A DNA stretch of 32,000 nt from an uncultured Gammaproteobacteria bacterium (GTDB lineage: Bacteria > Pseudomonadota > Gammaproteobacteria > Steroidobacterales > Steroidobacteraceae): NCBI GenBank assembly GCA_963695465.1, contig CAVOGM010000006.1, positions 240,878-272,877 of the forward strand, read 5' to 3'. Position numbers and translations under genes: made by a program. The notes below the pieces were generated by a model that was not told where the DNA came from, did no database searches, and saw only the letters and a list, made by a program, of their open reading frames with translations. Below are positions 18,283 through 28,851 of this stretch, piece after piece (the first letter of the stretch is position 1; each line of letters starts with the position of its first letter).

Positions 18283-18923
18283 GTGGCACCGAGAAGCTAC
18301 AACCCGACAAACCCGACGCCGGCAGCAGGCCGAGCGCAAGGCACGCATCGCCGCGGCCACCGCCGAACTGCACGCCGCCCAGGGCGTGGCCGGCACCAGC
18401 TACGCCGAGATCGCCAGCCAGGGCCGGTGTGTCGCTGCCCACCGTGTACAGCCACTTCCCGACCCAGGACGAACTGTTGCAGGGCTGCACGGGGCACGTC
18501 GTCGGCCCAGGCGCCGCCCCTGCCGGTCGAGAAGATCCTCGCGGCCGACAGACCTGCACCGCCGCCGCCGAGATGCCTGGTCGTCGGCCATGGAACGGCA
18601 GCACCTGCACTTCGAGCCGTGGCTGTCGAGGCGCGAGGACGGCGTCATTCCCTTCCTCGCCGCGGATGTCCGACGGCATGCGCCGGGCGCAGGCCGAATT
18701 CGTGGCGCGCGTGCTACGGCGTCATCTGGGACCCGGCGCGCGCCGCGAGCTGGTCGCGGGCTGGGAATCGCTGCTGTCCTTCGACCTCTGGCACCGGCTG
18801 GTGCGCGGACACGGCCTGCTCGCGCAGGCCACCCGGCGAATTCTTGTTCAGTGCCTGCTGGCCCTTGCTGGAACGCAGCCCGCAGCCAGGCCTGCCCCAC
18901 ATTCCAGGAGAAAGTCGTCATGA
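18283..18923 (+). pseudogene. TetR/AcrR-family transcriptional regulator, frame-broken as sequenced
   Basis: The HTH region can be read across frames as RRQQAERKARIAAATAELHAAQGVAGTSYAEIASQ, then GVSLPTVYSHFPTQDELLQGCTGHV (typical TetR_N: G...T....IA..AGVS..T.Y.HF..K..L). It continues as AQAPPLPVEKILAA, then ERQHLHFEPWLSRREDGVIPFLA, then MRRAQAEFVARVLRRHLGPGARRELVAGWESLLSFDLWHRLV. Frame order by coordinate mod 3 is 1,2,0,1,2,0, meaning at least five successive +1 shifts. The stop TGA overlaps the next ATG (18920..18923). Confidence 0.75.
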
Positions 18924-19644
18924 CGCCCCCCACTACGTCGATTCATCAGATCGCCCCCGACACCTACCGCATCAGCACGGCCCTGCCGGACGCGATGCCC
19001 GGCGGCTTTTCGTTCAACCAGTACCTGGTGGTCGACGAGAAACCCCTGCTGTTCCACACCGGGCCGCGGAAGCTGTTCCCGCTGATTCGCGCCCAGATCG
19101 AGACGGTGCTGCCCGCTTGCCAGGCTGCGCTACATCGCCTTCTCGCACGTCGAGTCGGACGAGTGCGGCAGCCTGGCGCGAGTTCCTGGCGGCGGCGCCG
19201 GACGCCCGGCCGGTGTGCAGCGAGGTCGCCGCCATGGTGTCGGTCGGCGACATGGTCGACGTCGAGCCCCTGGCGATGGCAGACGGGCAGGAACTGAGCC
19301 TCGGCCGGCACCGGCTGCTGTGGCAGTCGACGCCGCACCTGCCCGCATGGCTGGGAATGCGGCTACTTTTTCGACGCGACTACACGGACCCTGTTCTGCG
19401 GCGACCTGTTCACGCAGCCCGGCCTCGGCGAACAAGCCACTCGTGAGCGACGACATCCTCGGGCCCAGCGAGGCATTCCGGAGCCAGATGGATTACTTCG
19501 CGCATGGCAGCGACACGCCGAAGCTGATCGAGAAGCTGGCCGGGCTGGAGCCCACGCACGCTGGCCTGCATGCACGGCAGCGCCTGGACGGGGGACGGCG
19601 CTGCGCTGCTGAGGAAACTTGGCGATTCGCTTGCGCAGCGGTGA
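18920..19644 (+). pseudogene. MBL-fold (lactamase_B / di-iron ODP-like) protein, frame-broken as sequenced
   Basis: ATG 18920 (GGAG 8 nt upstream): MTPPTTSIHQIAPDTYRISTALPDAMPGGFSFNQYLVVDEKPLLFHTGPRKLFPLIRAQIETVLP. Then LRYIAFSHVESDECGSL, EFLAAAPDARPVCSEVAAMVSVGDMVDVEPLAMADGQELSLGRHRLLWQSTPHLP, HGWECGYFFDATTRTLFCGDLFTQPG, PLVSDDILGPSEAFRSQMDYFAHGSDTPKLIEKLAGLEPT and TLACMHGSAWTGDGAALLRKLGDSLAQR, ending at stop 19642..19644. Frame order is 2,0,1,2,0,1, meaning five successive +1 shifts. Confidence 0.6.
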
Positions 19645-19657
19645 CGCGACGACGCCG

Positions 19658-19681
19658 GCCTTGCCCTACACAGGGCAAGGC
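19658..19681. terminator. Perfect 10-bp hairpin between convergent genes (terminator-like, no U-tract)
   Basis: GCCTTGCCCT (19658..19667), loop ACAC, AGGGCAAGGC (19672..19681). It lies 14 nt after the MBL stop and 36 nt before the regulator stop. There is no T-run on either strand, so intrinsic termination is uncertain. Confidence 0.4.
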
Positions 19682-19716
19682 ATCGTCCCACCTGGTGCTT
19701 GCTTGATCGCGGGCCG

Positions 19717-22480
19717 CTAGCGCAGGCCGCGTCGTATCCGCAGCAGGCCGAGTTCCTCGGCGCGCAGCACCGCCTGGGTCCTGCGCTCTACCTCAAGCTT
19801 GACGAAGATATTCTTGAGGTGGGACTTGACCGTTTCGGGCCCCAGCCCGAGATCCCGGGCAACTGCCTTGTTTGAAGCGCCCTCCGCGATCAGCGCCAGG
19901 ATCTCGCATTCCCGCGGTGACAGCGGTGAGGGCAGCTCTCTCGTCCCGGACAGCATCGGCGGTTCCGCTGTGTCCCAGACGGTCGCCGCCGATTCGCGCA
20001 GCTTCTGGATCAGCGCTCGCCGCTGCTCACGATCCTGCCCGGCAGTGCCGCTTTCCAACAGGTCGACAAGCTGGAGCATTTCCGGACCCGTGTCCGCGAT
20101 CGAGCCAACCAGGGCCGAGGGCTCGGCCAGATCGAGAACCTGGTTGAAGACCCGCAGTGCCTGCGGGACCGAACGCGCATGCACCAATGCGCGGGCAAGC
20201 AGCGACCCGAGGCGGATCGCCAGCAAATTCGCGCCACAATCCAGGGCATCGCTGAGCAGCGGAGTCAGCACAGCCACCGCCTGGCGCGAACGGTTCTGGT
20301 CCAGGTCGACAATCGCCTGTCCCATCACGCAGTAGTGGAGTACGTCTTCGAGGCCTCGCGTAGCCGGGGTAGCGCTCGCGGCGCGAAGCTGCTGCAAACG
20401 CTTCAGGAGGCCGAGTGAAGGCATCGTCATGCCTTGCTGCTGCTGCAGCCGCAGACGCTCGAACAGCGCCCCAGCGACCAGCCTTGGCCAGTCGCGCGTG
20501 AGTCCGATGGCCTCCGCGCGATCGAGCAGGCTTGCCGCTTGCTCGAGCTGTCTGCGCCGCCAGGCCAGCCTTGCGGCTGTCCGCAGGCCCCGGAGAACCG
20601 TATCCAGGGTCACGCCACTGGCCACCAGGTCGAGGTCGTCCCTGAGCAACACTTCCGCCTCGGCGATCCTGCCCGTCTCGTAGAGCAGTTCGGCATACGC
20701 GCCCTTGGCCATCCCGGTCGCGCCGGCGAACCGCCGAACCTGGCCGCCAAGCTCGAGACTCTGCAGAAAATGCTGCTCCGCCGGGCCCGCGCGTGCCTGG
20801 GACAACTCCGCGATGCCATGCAGATTGGCTGCATAGGTTGCCGCCATGATATCGGCACCGTCCTGGCTCAAGACGCCCGGCACCGCGTAGAAGTCACCCC
20901 ATCGCGCTGAGCAGGCATAAACGAAGCGCTCGACGTTATGGACTGAATCCCGCACCAGCGGGCGGTCCTCGGGCCGCACGGCGTAGTCGGACGCCAGCTC
21001 GAGCGCATGCGCGGCATCATCCGCCAGGGCTGCCGCGACCCCCCGCAAGGCGAGGCATTCGCGTCGAACGCTGTCAGCCTGGGCGTCATCCAGACTGCGC
21101 AAGGCCCCTTCAACGCTCGATACGTGCTGTAGCGCCTTGCTGCCGGACAACGACAGCGCCTCGGCCCAGATGATCGCAAGCTGCAGCGAAATCGGCTGCT
21201 GGATGAACTTGCTGCGCAGCTGTTGCTGCAGGTTCAGCAATGTCAGCAGGTCGCCGGTCTCAACCATACGATCGGCGCATTGCGTGATCCGCAGCAGCGC
21301 GGCGTCGGTATCGCCAGCCGCCAGCAGTTGCTTGACGGACTCCGACTCCTGCCCCCCGGACTCGTACCACTGGCTCGCGCGACGATGCAGTGCCGGCATT
21401 TCCGATTTGTGCTGCTTCTCCAGCCGCTGCAGCAGGTATTCGCGAAACAGCTGGTGGCAGGCGAATAACGTCCCTTCACTGTCGAGCGGGCTGAGCAGCT
21501 GCTGGCGCTCCAGACGATCGAGCATCTGGCTGCTGTCCGGCCGGCCGGTGATGGCATCGCACAGTGGCGCCGAGAGCCGATCAACGATCGCCGTACGCTC
21601 CATGAAGTCGAGCAGGTCCGCCGGCAGCAGGGCAGCACAGCTCGTCCAGGAACCCGCCGATCGACCTCGGCGACCGCGCCAGCGAGCGAAGCAGCTCGGC
21701 GGGGTCCCTGCCCGCCCCGAACGACAGTGCCGTGATGCGCAGGGCCGCGGGCCAGCCTTCCGTCAGGCCATGAATCGTCCGGACCTCGGCGGGGCCGAGG
21801 CAGGACGGCGTTTCCACTCCCAGGAATTCACGGGTCTCGTCACGCGTAAAGCGCAGCAGGGCGGCATCAATTTCGAGCAGCTCACCACGCGCCCGCAGCG
21901 ACCCGATTTCGAGCGCGGGCTGGGATCGCGACAGCACGACGAGGTGCAGGTTCGCTGGCGCGTGGCGCAGCAGGAAGGAGATGAATTCGTGGATCGACTC
22001 GTTGCTGACGGCGTTGTAGTCGTCGAGGAACAGGAACAGTTCGTCACCACAATCCGCGACCTCGTTGACCAGCAGCGCCTGGAGCTGATGCAAGGGCGCT
22101 GTTTTCGCAACCTTGAGGCTTTCCTTGCCGATGTCGGCGCAGGCCCGGTGGAGTGCGTGGATGACGTAGTAGATGAAGCGGCGTGGCTCGCTGTCGTCGA
22201 CATCGATCGACAGCCAGGCCACGGCGTCGCCACGGGAGTTGAGTTCCTCGATCCATGAAAGCGCCAGCGTGGTCTTGCCGAAGCCCCCCGGAGCCCGGAG
22301 GATCGTCAACTTGCGCTCACTCGCCTCCGACAGCAGTCCCTCGAGTCGGGCCCGCACAAGTCGGTTCGCGCGCGGCCTGGGCGGGACAATCTTTGTCGCG
22401 ATCAGGGGCACGCGAGCCCCCGATCCGCCCGCAGCCAACGGCTTGTCCTCTTTTGTGCGTTGCAGCGAAACGCGACTCAC
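19717..22480 (-). pseudogene. MalT/AlkS-type large LuxR-family regulator (P-loop NTPase + helical repeat region + C-terminal LuxR HTH), one frame break as sequenced
   Basis: The N-terminal part is ORF 21581..22573: PLIATKIVPPRPRANRLVRARL, Walker A GGFGKTT (22268..22288), Walker B-like LFLFLDDYN, and TEGWPAALRI. The C-terminal part is ORF 19717..21603, containing helical repeats and the HTH LSPRECEILALIAEGASNKAVARDLGLGPETVKSHLKNIFVKLEV. The junction at ~21640 reads GGFLDEL then AALLPADLLDFMERTAIVDRLSAPL (+1 shift). The start is uncertain: GTG 22480 is preferred, ATG 22573 is possible. Confidence 0.85.
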
Positions 22481-22660
22481 GGACCACGTCCCCCATCCGG
22501 GGGATACCGCCACACCCGGATTCGACCCAAAGTTACCCACAGCAGACCGGCACGCTCGGACGCGGTGAAGCACTGAGATTCCCGACGCCGAGGCCCTTCA
22601 CCGATCTGACCACCAACCGGCGGGCCGCGCAAGTTGCTGCCTTGCCACAGGAGGAGAAGC

Positions 22661-23941
22661 ATGAACACCGCCAGCAAGATCGTCGCCGAGCAAGTGCCCG
22701 GCATCCGTGTCGCCCTCGAGCCGACCGGGCTCGAGCCCGCCCTGTCGGAGATGGAGCGCATGGTGCAGGAAAACGCCCGGCGCTTCGCTGCCAACGTGAT
22801 GCGCCCGGCTGGCGAGAAGATGGACCGCATGGATCCCGAGGAGACCATCGCCGCCGACTCGCCCATCTGGGCGGTGATCCAGGGGGCGGCCGAGCTTGGC
22901 TTCACGGTGGGAACGCTGATGGCGATGGCCCCCGAGGAGCGTGGCCGCCTGGTCCCGATCATGTGGGAGGAGTTCGGCTGGGGCGACGGCGCGCTCACCA
23001 TCGTGCTCGGCGCCTCGGCAGTGCCCTGGATCGTGCTGCACGCCATGGGTCGTACCGACCTGATCGAAAAGTACCCGGAAGGCACCCGCATCGGCTGCTG
23101 GGGCATCACCGAGCCGGACCATGGCTCCGATACGCTCGATGCAAGCCGGCACATCGCCTATCCCGGCAGTGCTTACGGCAAGCCGAACTGCGTCGCGCGG
23201 CTCGAGGGCGGCGAGATCGTCATCAACGGCCAGAAGTCGGCCTGGGTGTCGAATGGCCCGATCGCCAGCCTCTGCATCCTGTATTGCGCCTATGACGACG
23301 GCTCCGGCCGATCCGGAAACTGCACCCTGCTCGTCCCGCTCGACGTCGCCGGCGTGTCCCGGGGCAAGATCCTCGACAAGATGGGGCAGCGTCCGCTGCC
23401 GCAAGGCGAGATCTTCTTCGAGAACGTCCGCATCCCGAAGGACCACCTGGTCGCTGGTCCCGGGGCTGACTACGAGCGGGCCGTCTATGCCGTGCTGGCC
23501 GAGGCGAATGCGATCATGGGGAGCATCTGGGTAGGCTGCGCCCGCGCGGCCTATGAACACGCATTCACTTACGCCCATGAGCGCAGGCAGGGTGGTGTGC
23601 CGATCATCCGCCACCAGAACGTGCAGCATCGGCTGTTTCACATGTTCCGCAGGGTCGAGGCGGCCCGGGCACTGAACCATCGGGTACAGTTCTATAACAA
23701 CACCGCGGCGGTGCCGGCACTGCAGGGCTCGATCGCCAGCAAGATCACCTCCACCCAGACCGCCTTCGAGGTCGCCTCTGACGCCATCCAGATGTTCGGG
23801 GGCAATGGTGTCACGCGCGAATACCCGGTCGAAAAGCTGATGCGCGACGCCCGCTCCGCCATGATCGAGGACGGCTGCAACGAAATGCTGGCGATCAAGG
23901 GCGGCACCCTGCTCATGGATCCCGACAAGCTGCGAGGCTGA
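22661..23941 (+). CDS. Acyl-CoA dehydrogenase family protein
   Basis: Intact ORF. ATG 22661 is preceded by GGAGGAG. ACAD patterns are present: GCWGITEPDHGSD, ING.K.W.SNG, and the C-terminal QMFGGNGVTREYPVEKLMRDAR with the catalytic-base-region E. Confidence 0.9.
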   Translation: MNTASKIVAEQVPGIRVALEPTGLEPALSEMERMVQENARRFAANVMRPAGEKMDRMDPEETIAADSPIWAVIQGAAELGFTVGTLMAMAPEERGRLVPIMWEEFGWGDGALTIVLGASAVPWIVLHAMGRTDLIEKYPEGTRIGCWGITEPDHGSDTLDASRHIAYPGSAYGKPNCVARLEGGEIVINGQKSAWVSNGPIASLCILYCAYDDGSGRSGNCTLLVPLDVAGVSRGKILDKMGQRPLPQGEIFFENVRIPKDHLVAGPGADYERAVYAVLAEANAIMGSIWVGCARAAYEHAFTYAHERRQGGVPIIRHQNVQHRLFHMFRRVEAARALNHRVQFYNNTAAVPALQGSIASKITSTQTAFEVASDAIQMFGGNGVTREYPVEKLMRDARSAMIEDGCNEMLAIKGGTLLMDPDKLRG

Positions 23942-23946
23942 ATCCT

Positions 23947-25185
23947 ATGAAAATGAACGCGTATGTGGCCGGCGTGGGCATGACACCCTTCGGCAAGCAC
24001 CTCGACAAGACCCTCAAGGGTCTCGCGGGCGAGGCCATCACGGCAGCGCTGGCCGATGCAGGCCTCGACAAGGGCGACCTGCAGGCAGCCTGGATGGGCA
24101 ATGCCGCCGCAGGAGTCGTCACCGGGCAGGAGATGATTCGTGGCCAGGTGGCCCTGCGCGCGCTGGGCATCGGCCGCATTCCGGTCGTGAACGTGGAGAA
24201 CGCCTGTGCGTCCTCCTCAACCGCCGTGCACCAGGCCTGCGCCATGATCAGTGCCGGCTACTACGACATCGTGCTCGCCTGCGGTTACGAGAAGCTGTTC
24301 CACGAGGACAAGCTCAGGACCATGGGCGCCTTCTCGAGCGCGGTGGACGTCGAGGATCCGAAGGGCGCGCTCAAGGTGCTGGAGAACATGGCGCGTGCCG
24401 CAGGCGAGTCCTTCGATGCGACCGGCGCCGGTGCGACGCGATCCGTGTTCATGGACATCTATTCGCTGATGGCGAAGAAGCACATGAAACGCTACGGCAC
24501 CACCAAGGAGCACTTCGCGATGGTGGTGGCGAAGAACTCGTTTCACGGCAGCATGAATCCGCGCGCCCAGTTCCGCGACGAGATGACCGTGCAGCAGGTG
24601 CTCGAGGCGCGCACGATCATCGAGCCGCTGACCCTGCCGATGTGCTCGCCCATCGGTGACGGCGCCGCCGCGGTGATCCTGGTGAGTGAGCGCAAGGCGC
24701 GCGAGCTCGGGCTGCGGAAGCCGGTGCGCATCCGCGCCTCGGCGCTGGTATCCGGCTGGGACTTCGAAAAGGATGGCGAAAGCGTCGGCGCCTTTGCGGC
24801 CCAGCAGGCCTACGAGGCGGCCGGGGTCGGCCCGGGAGACGTCTCCTGCGTCGAGTTGCACGACGCCTCTGCGCCGTCTGAAATCGTCGCCTACGAATAC
24901 CTGGGCCTGTGCGGAGCCGGCGAGGGAGGGGCGCTGATCGCCTCCGGCGCCACCCGCCTGGGCGGTCGCATTCCCGTCAATACCTCGGGGGGGTTGCTGC
25001 GCAAGGGCCATCCGGTCGGCGCCACGGGCTGCGCCCAGATCGTCGAGCTGACCGAGCAGTTGCAGGGGCGCTCAGGACCGCGCCAGGTCGAAGGCGCGCG
25101 TATCGGGCTGGCCCACAACGGTGGTGGGGCCATCGGCCTCGATGCGGCGGCAACGGTCGCCACCATCCTGTCCCGGGAGGATTGA
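23947..25185 (+). CDS. Thiolase-superfamily protein of the SCPx/nsLTP (lipid-transfer-protein-like) type
   Basis: Intact 412-aa ORF starting 5 nt after the ACAD stop. Motifs: YVAGVGMTPFGK, active-site-Cys region VNVENACASSSTAV, the C-terminal pattern PVNTSGGLLRKGHPVGATGCAQIVEL, and GLAHNGGG. Confidence 0.85.
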   Translation: MKMNAYVAGVGMTPFGKHLDKTLKGLAGEAITAALADAGLDKGDLQAAWMGNAAAGVVTGQEMIRGQVALRALGIGRIPVVNVENACASSSTAVHQACAMISAGYYDIVLACGYEKLFHEDKLRTMGAFSSAVDVEDPKGALKVLENMARAAGESFDATGAGATRSVFMDIYSLMAKKHMKRYGTTKEHFAMVVAKNSFHGSMNPRAQFRDEMTVQQVLEARTIIEPLTLPMCSPIGDGAAAVILVSERKARELGLRKPVRIRASALVSGWDFEKDGESVGAFAAQQAYEAAGVGPGDVSCVELHDASAPSEIVAYEYLGLCGAGEGGALIASGATRLGGRIPVNTSGGLLRKGHPVGATGCAQIVELTEQLQGRSGPRQVEGARIGLAHNGGGAIGLDAAATVATILSRED

Positions 25186-25188
25186 GCC

Positions 25189-26787
25189 ATGACCGAGGCG
25201 AAAATCCCGGTGCTGTGCGAAGTCATCGCCGACTGGGCGGCGAAGATGCCGGACAGGCCGATTCTCACGATCGACGTGGGCGCCGGGCAGGCCGACGAAG
25301 TCCGGACCTACCGCCAGCTGTGGGACCACGGACGCCGGCTGGCGCAGGCGCTGCAGGACCGTGGGCTGAAGCCAGGGCAGCACTTCGCCCTGCTGATGGC
25401 GAACCACCCCGAATTCGTCGAGGCAATGATCGCCGCCTGCCTGACCGGCACGGTGTTCGTGCCGATCGACCCGCGTGTCCGGGGCGACAAGCTGGTCTAC
25501 ATGCTGAGCCATGCCGAATGCCGCGGAGTCATCGCGGCCGACTACGCGCTTGAAAACCTGGCGGCGGTTCGATCCAGCGTGACAGACCTCGAATGGGTCA
25601 TCGGGCTCGCGACCCAGGACGGCGCCAAGGCGCTGCCAGATTGGTCCGATTCCTATGCAGCGTTGATGTCGACGGCCGTTCCCGCCAAGACGTTCACACC
25701 TGCCCAGCCCGACGCGCCGATGCAGCTTTTGTTCACTTCGGGAACCACTGGAGACCCCAAGGCGATCCTGATGCCGCACGGTCGTTGGGTGGAGACCGCG
25801 CTGCTGCTCCCGAAGCTCTGCGGCTGGCAACCCGATGAGAAGCCCTATTCCGGCTTGTCGCTCACGCACGCGAATGCGCAGGTCCTGACGCTGGGGGCCG
25901 GCTTGGCAAACGGCGTGCCTTGCGTGCTGTCGCGCAGGTTCACCAAGTCCAGGCTCTGGGACATCGCCCGCAAGCACGGCTGTACGACCTTCAACCTGCT
26001 GGGCGGCATGACGACCGCTCTCTACAGCGAGCCGCGGCGGCCCGACGATGCCGACAATCCGGTGCGTTTCGTGCTGTCGGCCGGCATGCCTGCCGCCATC
26101 TGGGAGGATTTCGAGCGTCGCTTCAACGTCCAGATCCTGGAATTCTACGGCGCCGCCGAAGGTGGCATGGCCTTCAGGCCGATCGGCGTCGGGCCCATCG
26201 GCAGCATCGGAAAGCCCATACCGCTGCTGGTCCACCGTATCGTGGATGAGCGGGGCCGCGACGTCCGCGGCGGCGAGCCCGGCGAGCTGCTGTTTCGCCA
26301 CGTCGACGGCTCGGATTACTCGGTCGAATATTTCAAGAATCCCGAGGCGTCGGCGGAGAAGTGCGCGGGCGGCTGGCTTCACATGGGCGATATCGTTCGC
26401 GAGGACGCTGACGGCTGGCTGTACTTCCTGTATCGCAAAGGCGGCGGCATCCGGCGCAATGGCGACTTCGTGAACACCGCTTTCATCGAAAAGGTTATCG
26501 CCGACCAGCCGGACGTCGATGACGTTTACGTCTACGGCATACCCGCCGCCAATGGCGCGCCGGGGGAAAAGGACGTCGTCGCGGCCGTCGTGCCCAAGGA
26601 CATGGCGAGCTTCCAGCCGCAAGCGCTGTTCCGGGCCTGCCGTTGCGGCCTGGAGCCCAATTTCGTACCGAGCTACATCCAGGTACTGCCGCAGATTCCC
26701 AAGACTGCTTCGGAAAAGCCGCAGGACCGTTTCCTGGTCGAGGCGCTGGCAAGCGATCCGGCAAGCGTCCACCAGGAATCCCGTTGA
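25189..26787 (+). CDS. AMP-dependent acyl-CoA synthetase/ligase
   Basis: Intact 532-aa ORF starting 3 nt after the thiolase stop (GGAGG 8 nt upstream). The AMP-binding motif I is LLFTSGTTGDPKAI, followed by YGAAEGG, GDIVREDADGWLYFLYRKG and the C-terminal SEKPQDR region. Confidence 0.9.
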   Translation: MTEAKIPVLCEVIADWAAKMPDRPILTIDVGAGQADEVRTYRQLWDHGRRLAQALQDRGLKPGQHFALLMANHPEFVEAMIAACLTGTVFVPIDPRVRGDKLVYMLSHAECRGVIAADYALENLAAVRSSVTDLEWVIGLATQDGAKALPDWSDSYAALMSTAVPAKTFTPAQPDAPMQLLFTSGTTGDPKAILMPHGRWVETALLLPKLCGWQPDEKPYSGLSLTHANAQVLTLGAGLANGVPCVLSRRFTKSRLWDIARKHGCTTFNLLGGMTTALYSEPRRPDDADNPVRFVLSAGMPAAIWEDFERRFNVQILEFYGAAEGGMAFRPIGVGPIGSIGKPIPLLVHRIVDERGRDVRGGEPGELLFRHVDGSDYSVEYFKNPEASAEKCAGGWLHMGDIVREDADGWLYFLYRKGGGIRRNGDFVNTAFIEKVIADQPDVDDVYVYGIPAANGAPGEKDVVAAVVPKDMASFQPQALFRACRCGLEPNFVPSYIQVLPQIPKTASEKPQDRFLVEALASDPASVHQESR

Positions 26788-26809
26788 ATTGATCATCCAG
26801 GAGAAAGCA

Positions 26810-27928
26810 ATGTCCTCACGCAAGGTTCTGGTCTATGGCGGCAGCGGCTACACAGGCAAGCTGGTTGCAGAGTCGCTGGCCAAGCGCAATATCCCCTTCT
26901 ACTTTGCGGGTCGCACGCGTGCCAGGCTTGAAGCCGCACTGGAAGTCGTCGAGCAGCGTCATGGCGGCCCGGTGGATGCCGAGATCGTCACTGCCACCAA
27001 TACCGTGGCCGAGTTGCTGCCGCTGTTCAAGAAAGTCGATGTGGTGATCAATGTCGCCGGTCCGTTCATGCAGGTCGCCTGGCCGATCGTCGAGGCGGCG
27101 CTGGAAGCCGGCTGTCATTACCTCGACACGACGGGTGAACAGGACTGGACGGCGGCGATCGCCGAGAAATTCGGCGCCGCCTTTGCTGCCAAGAAGCGGC
27201 TACTGGCCCCGGCCACCTCGTTCATGTGGGCGGCCGGCGCCATGGCCGCCGAGGTCGTGCTGGAGAACCCCGAGGTGGACAGCCTCGACATCCTCTACCA
27301 GATCGACAATGGCCTGCCGTCCGAGGCTTCGACCAAGTCGTTCCTGCGCATGATCTGCAACGACAAGTCCCAGTTCTACATCGAGCAGAACCAGTTCAAG
27401 TCCTGGCCCAACGACGTGGCCTACGAGGTGTTCGTGCCCTATCGCAACGTCAAGCTGAGGGCACTGCCCTGGGGCGGCGCCTGCGAGCCGATCTGGTTCA
27501 AGAACGATCCTCGCGTGCGCAACTGCAAGGTGCTGACGGCCATCGGCGAGCACTTGATCGACCCTCTTCTGCAGGCCGTCGCCGGGTTCAATGCCGCCGC
27601 GCCGGGCCTCGACCAGGCGCAGCGCGAGGCGCTGACCAACCAGATTGGCGACCAGATCAGCACCGGCGAGCCGCCCAAGGACGACCTGGACGTGCAGCGC
27701 GGCGTGATCGTCGTCTACGGCCAGGGCCGGCGCGTGACGACGAAGTACGTCATGAACCTGTCCGCGGCTTATACCTGGACCGGCGAGATCTGTGCCGACG
27801 GCGCGCAGCGAATACTCAATGGACAGCTGAAGAAGGTCGGCTTCCAGTCGGCGGCCCAGGCCTTCGGCCATCGCGAGCTGATCACCACTTTCCACGAACT
27901 GGGATTCTGCAGCGCCCTGCCCGCCTAG
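26810..27928 (+). CDS. Saccharopine-dehydrogenase-like NAD(P)-binding oxidoreductase (function unknown)
   Basis: ATG 26810 with GGAGA upstream. The longer ORF-track start at 26519 overlaps the ligase gene and reads as junk. The N-terminal Rossmann motif is KVLVYGGSGYTGKLVAESL, followed by VVINVAGPF and HYLDTTGE, typical of the Sacchrp_dh_NADP fold. The C-terminal ~200 aa has no motif I recognise. Confidence 0.65.
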   Translation: MSSRKVLVYGGSGYTGKLVAESLAKRNIPFYFAGRTRARLEAALEVVEQRHGGPVDAEIVTATNTVAELLPLFKKVDVVINVAGPFMQVAWPIVEAALEAGCHYLDTTGEQDWTAAIAEKFGAAFAAKKRLLAPATSFMWAAGAMAAEVVLENPEVDSLDILYQIDNGLPSEASTKSFLRMICNDKSQFYIEQNQFKSWPNDVAYEVFVPYRNVKLRALPWGGACEPIWFKNDPRVRNCKVLTAIGEHLIDPLLQAVAGFNAAAPGLDQAQREALTNQIGDQISTGEPPKDDLDVQRGVIVVYGQGRRVTTKYVMNLSAAYTWTGEICADGAQRILNGQLKKVGFQSAAQAFGHRELITTFHELGFCSALPA

Positions 27929-27988
27929 CCGAGCGTGACGAACGGACCAGTGCCCGATGAATTATCGAGACTACAGGAGCATCGAATC

Positions 27989-28765
27989 ATGAGCGGACGC
28001 GTTGCAGGCAAGGTTGTGCTGATTACCGGCGGCGCCAGCGGCATCGGGCTGGCGAGCGCGGAGGCCTGCGCGCGCGAGGGCGCAGTCGTGATCATCACGG
28101 ACCTCAACGTCAAGGAAGGCGAGGCACAGGCGAAGCGACTCGTCGCCGAAGGACTGAAGGTCGAGTTCCTGGAGCAGGACGCAACCAGCGAGGCCGACTG
28201 GCGGCGCGTCGTCGACGAAGTCGTAGGCAGGCACGGCCAGTTGGATGTCCTGGTCAACAATGCCGGCATCGCGATAATAGCGCCACTCGAGCAGGAGACG
28301 CTCGATGGCTGGCGCAAGACCCAAGCCGTGAACATGGAAGGCGTATTCCTGGGTTGCCGCGAAGCAGTCAGGGTCATGAAGGACCGCGGCGGCTCGATCG
28401 TCAACATCTCATCGATCGAGGGCCTCATCGGTGAACCGCTGCTGCCCGCCTATAACGCTTCCAAGGGCGGCGTCAGGCTCTTCACGAAGTCGGTGGCGCT
28501 CTACTGCGCGCAGCAGGGCTACGGCATCCGCGCGAACTCCGTCCACCCTGGCCTCATCGGCACGCCATTGGTGGCGAATTTCTTTGCCAATATGCCGCCC
28601 GAACAGGCCGCGACACTGCAGCAGGACGTGATGAGCCGCATCCCGCTCAAACGCGCGGGTGAGCCACGCGACATCGGCAACGGCGTGCTGTTCCTGGCGT
28701 CCGACGAGTCCAGCTACATGACGGGATCAGAACTCGTCATCGATGGGGGCTACACTGCAAAGTAG
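27989..28765 (+). CDS. Classical short-chain dehydrogenase/reductase (SDR)
   Basis: ATG 27989 (AGGAG 9 nt upstream). Motifs: cofactor motif TGGASGIG, NNAG, and the catalytic S...YNASK. Confidence 0.9.
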   Translation: MSGRVAGKVVLITGGASGIGLASAEACAREGAVVIITDLNVKEGEAQAKRLVAEGLKVEFLEQDATSEADWRRVVDEVVGRHGQLDVLVNNAGIAIIAPLEQETLDGWRKTQAVNMEGVFLGCREAVRVMKDRGGSIVNISSIEGLIGEPLLPAYNASKGGVRLFTKSVALYCAQQGYGIRANSVHPGLIGTPLVANFFANMPPEQAATLQQDVMSRIPLKRAGEPRDIGNGVLFLASDESSYMTGSELVIDGGYTAK

Positions 28766-28851
28766 CGCGAGACATCGCGCCCGACATCGAGGGTGAGTGA
28801 CATGAGCACTGTGGCACCGGCGGCAACCGATTGTATCTGCACGGTGGAGGC

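Noticed and set aside
14500-19650. Programmed ribosomal frameshifting or transcriptional slippage as the explanation for the frame breaks
   Set aside because: There are too many breaks per gene (five in ~700 nt). They occur at non-slippery sequences (for example GTC-a-CGA) and in unrelated housekeeping genes. This does not match any known recoding signal.
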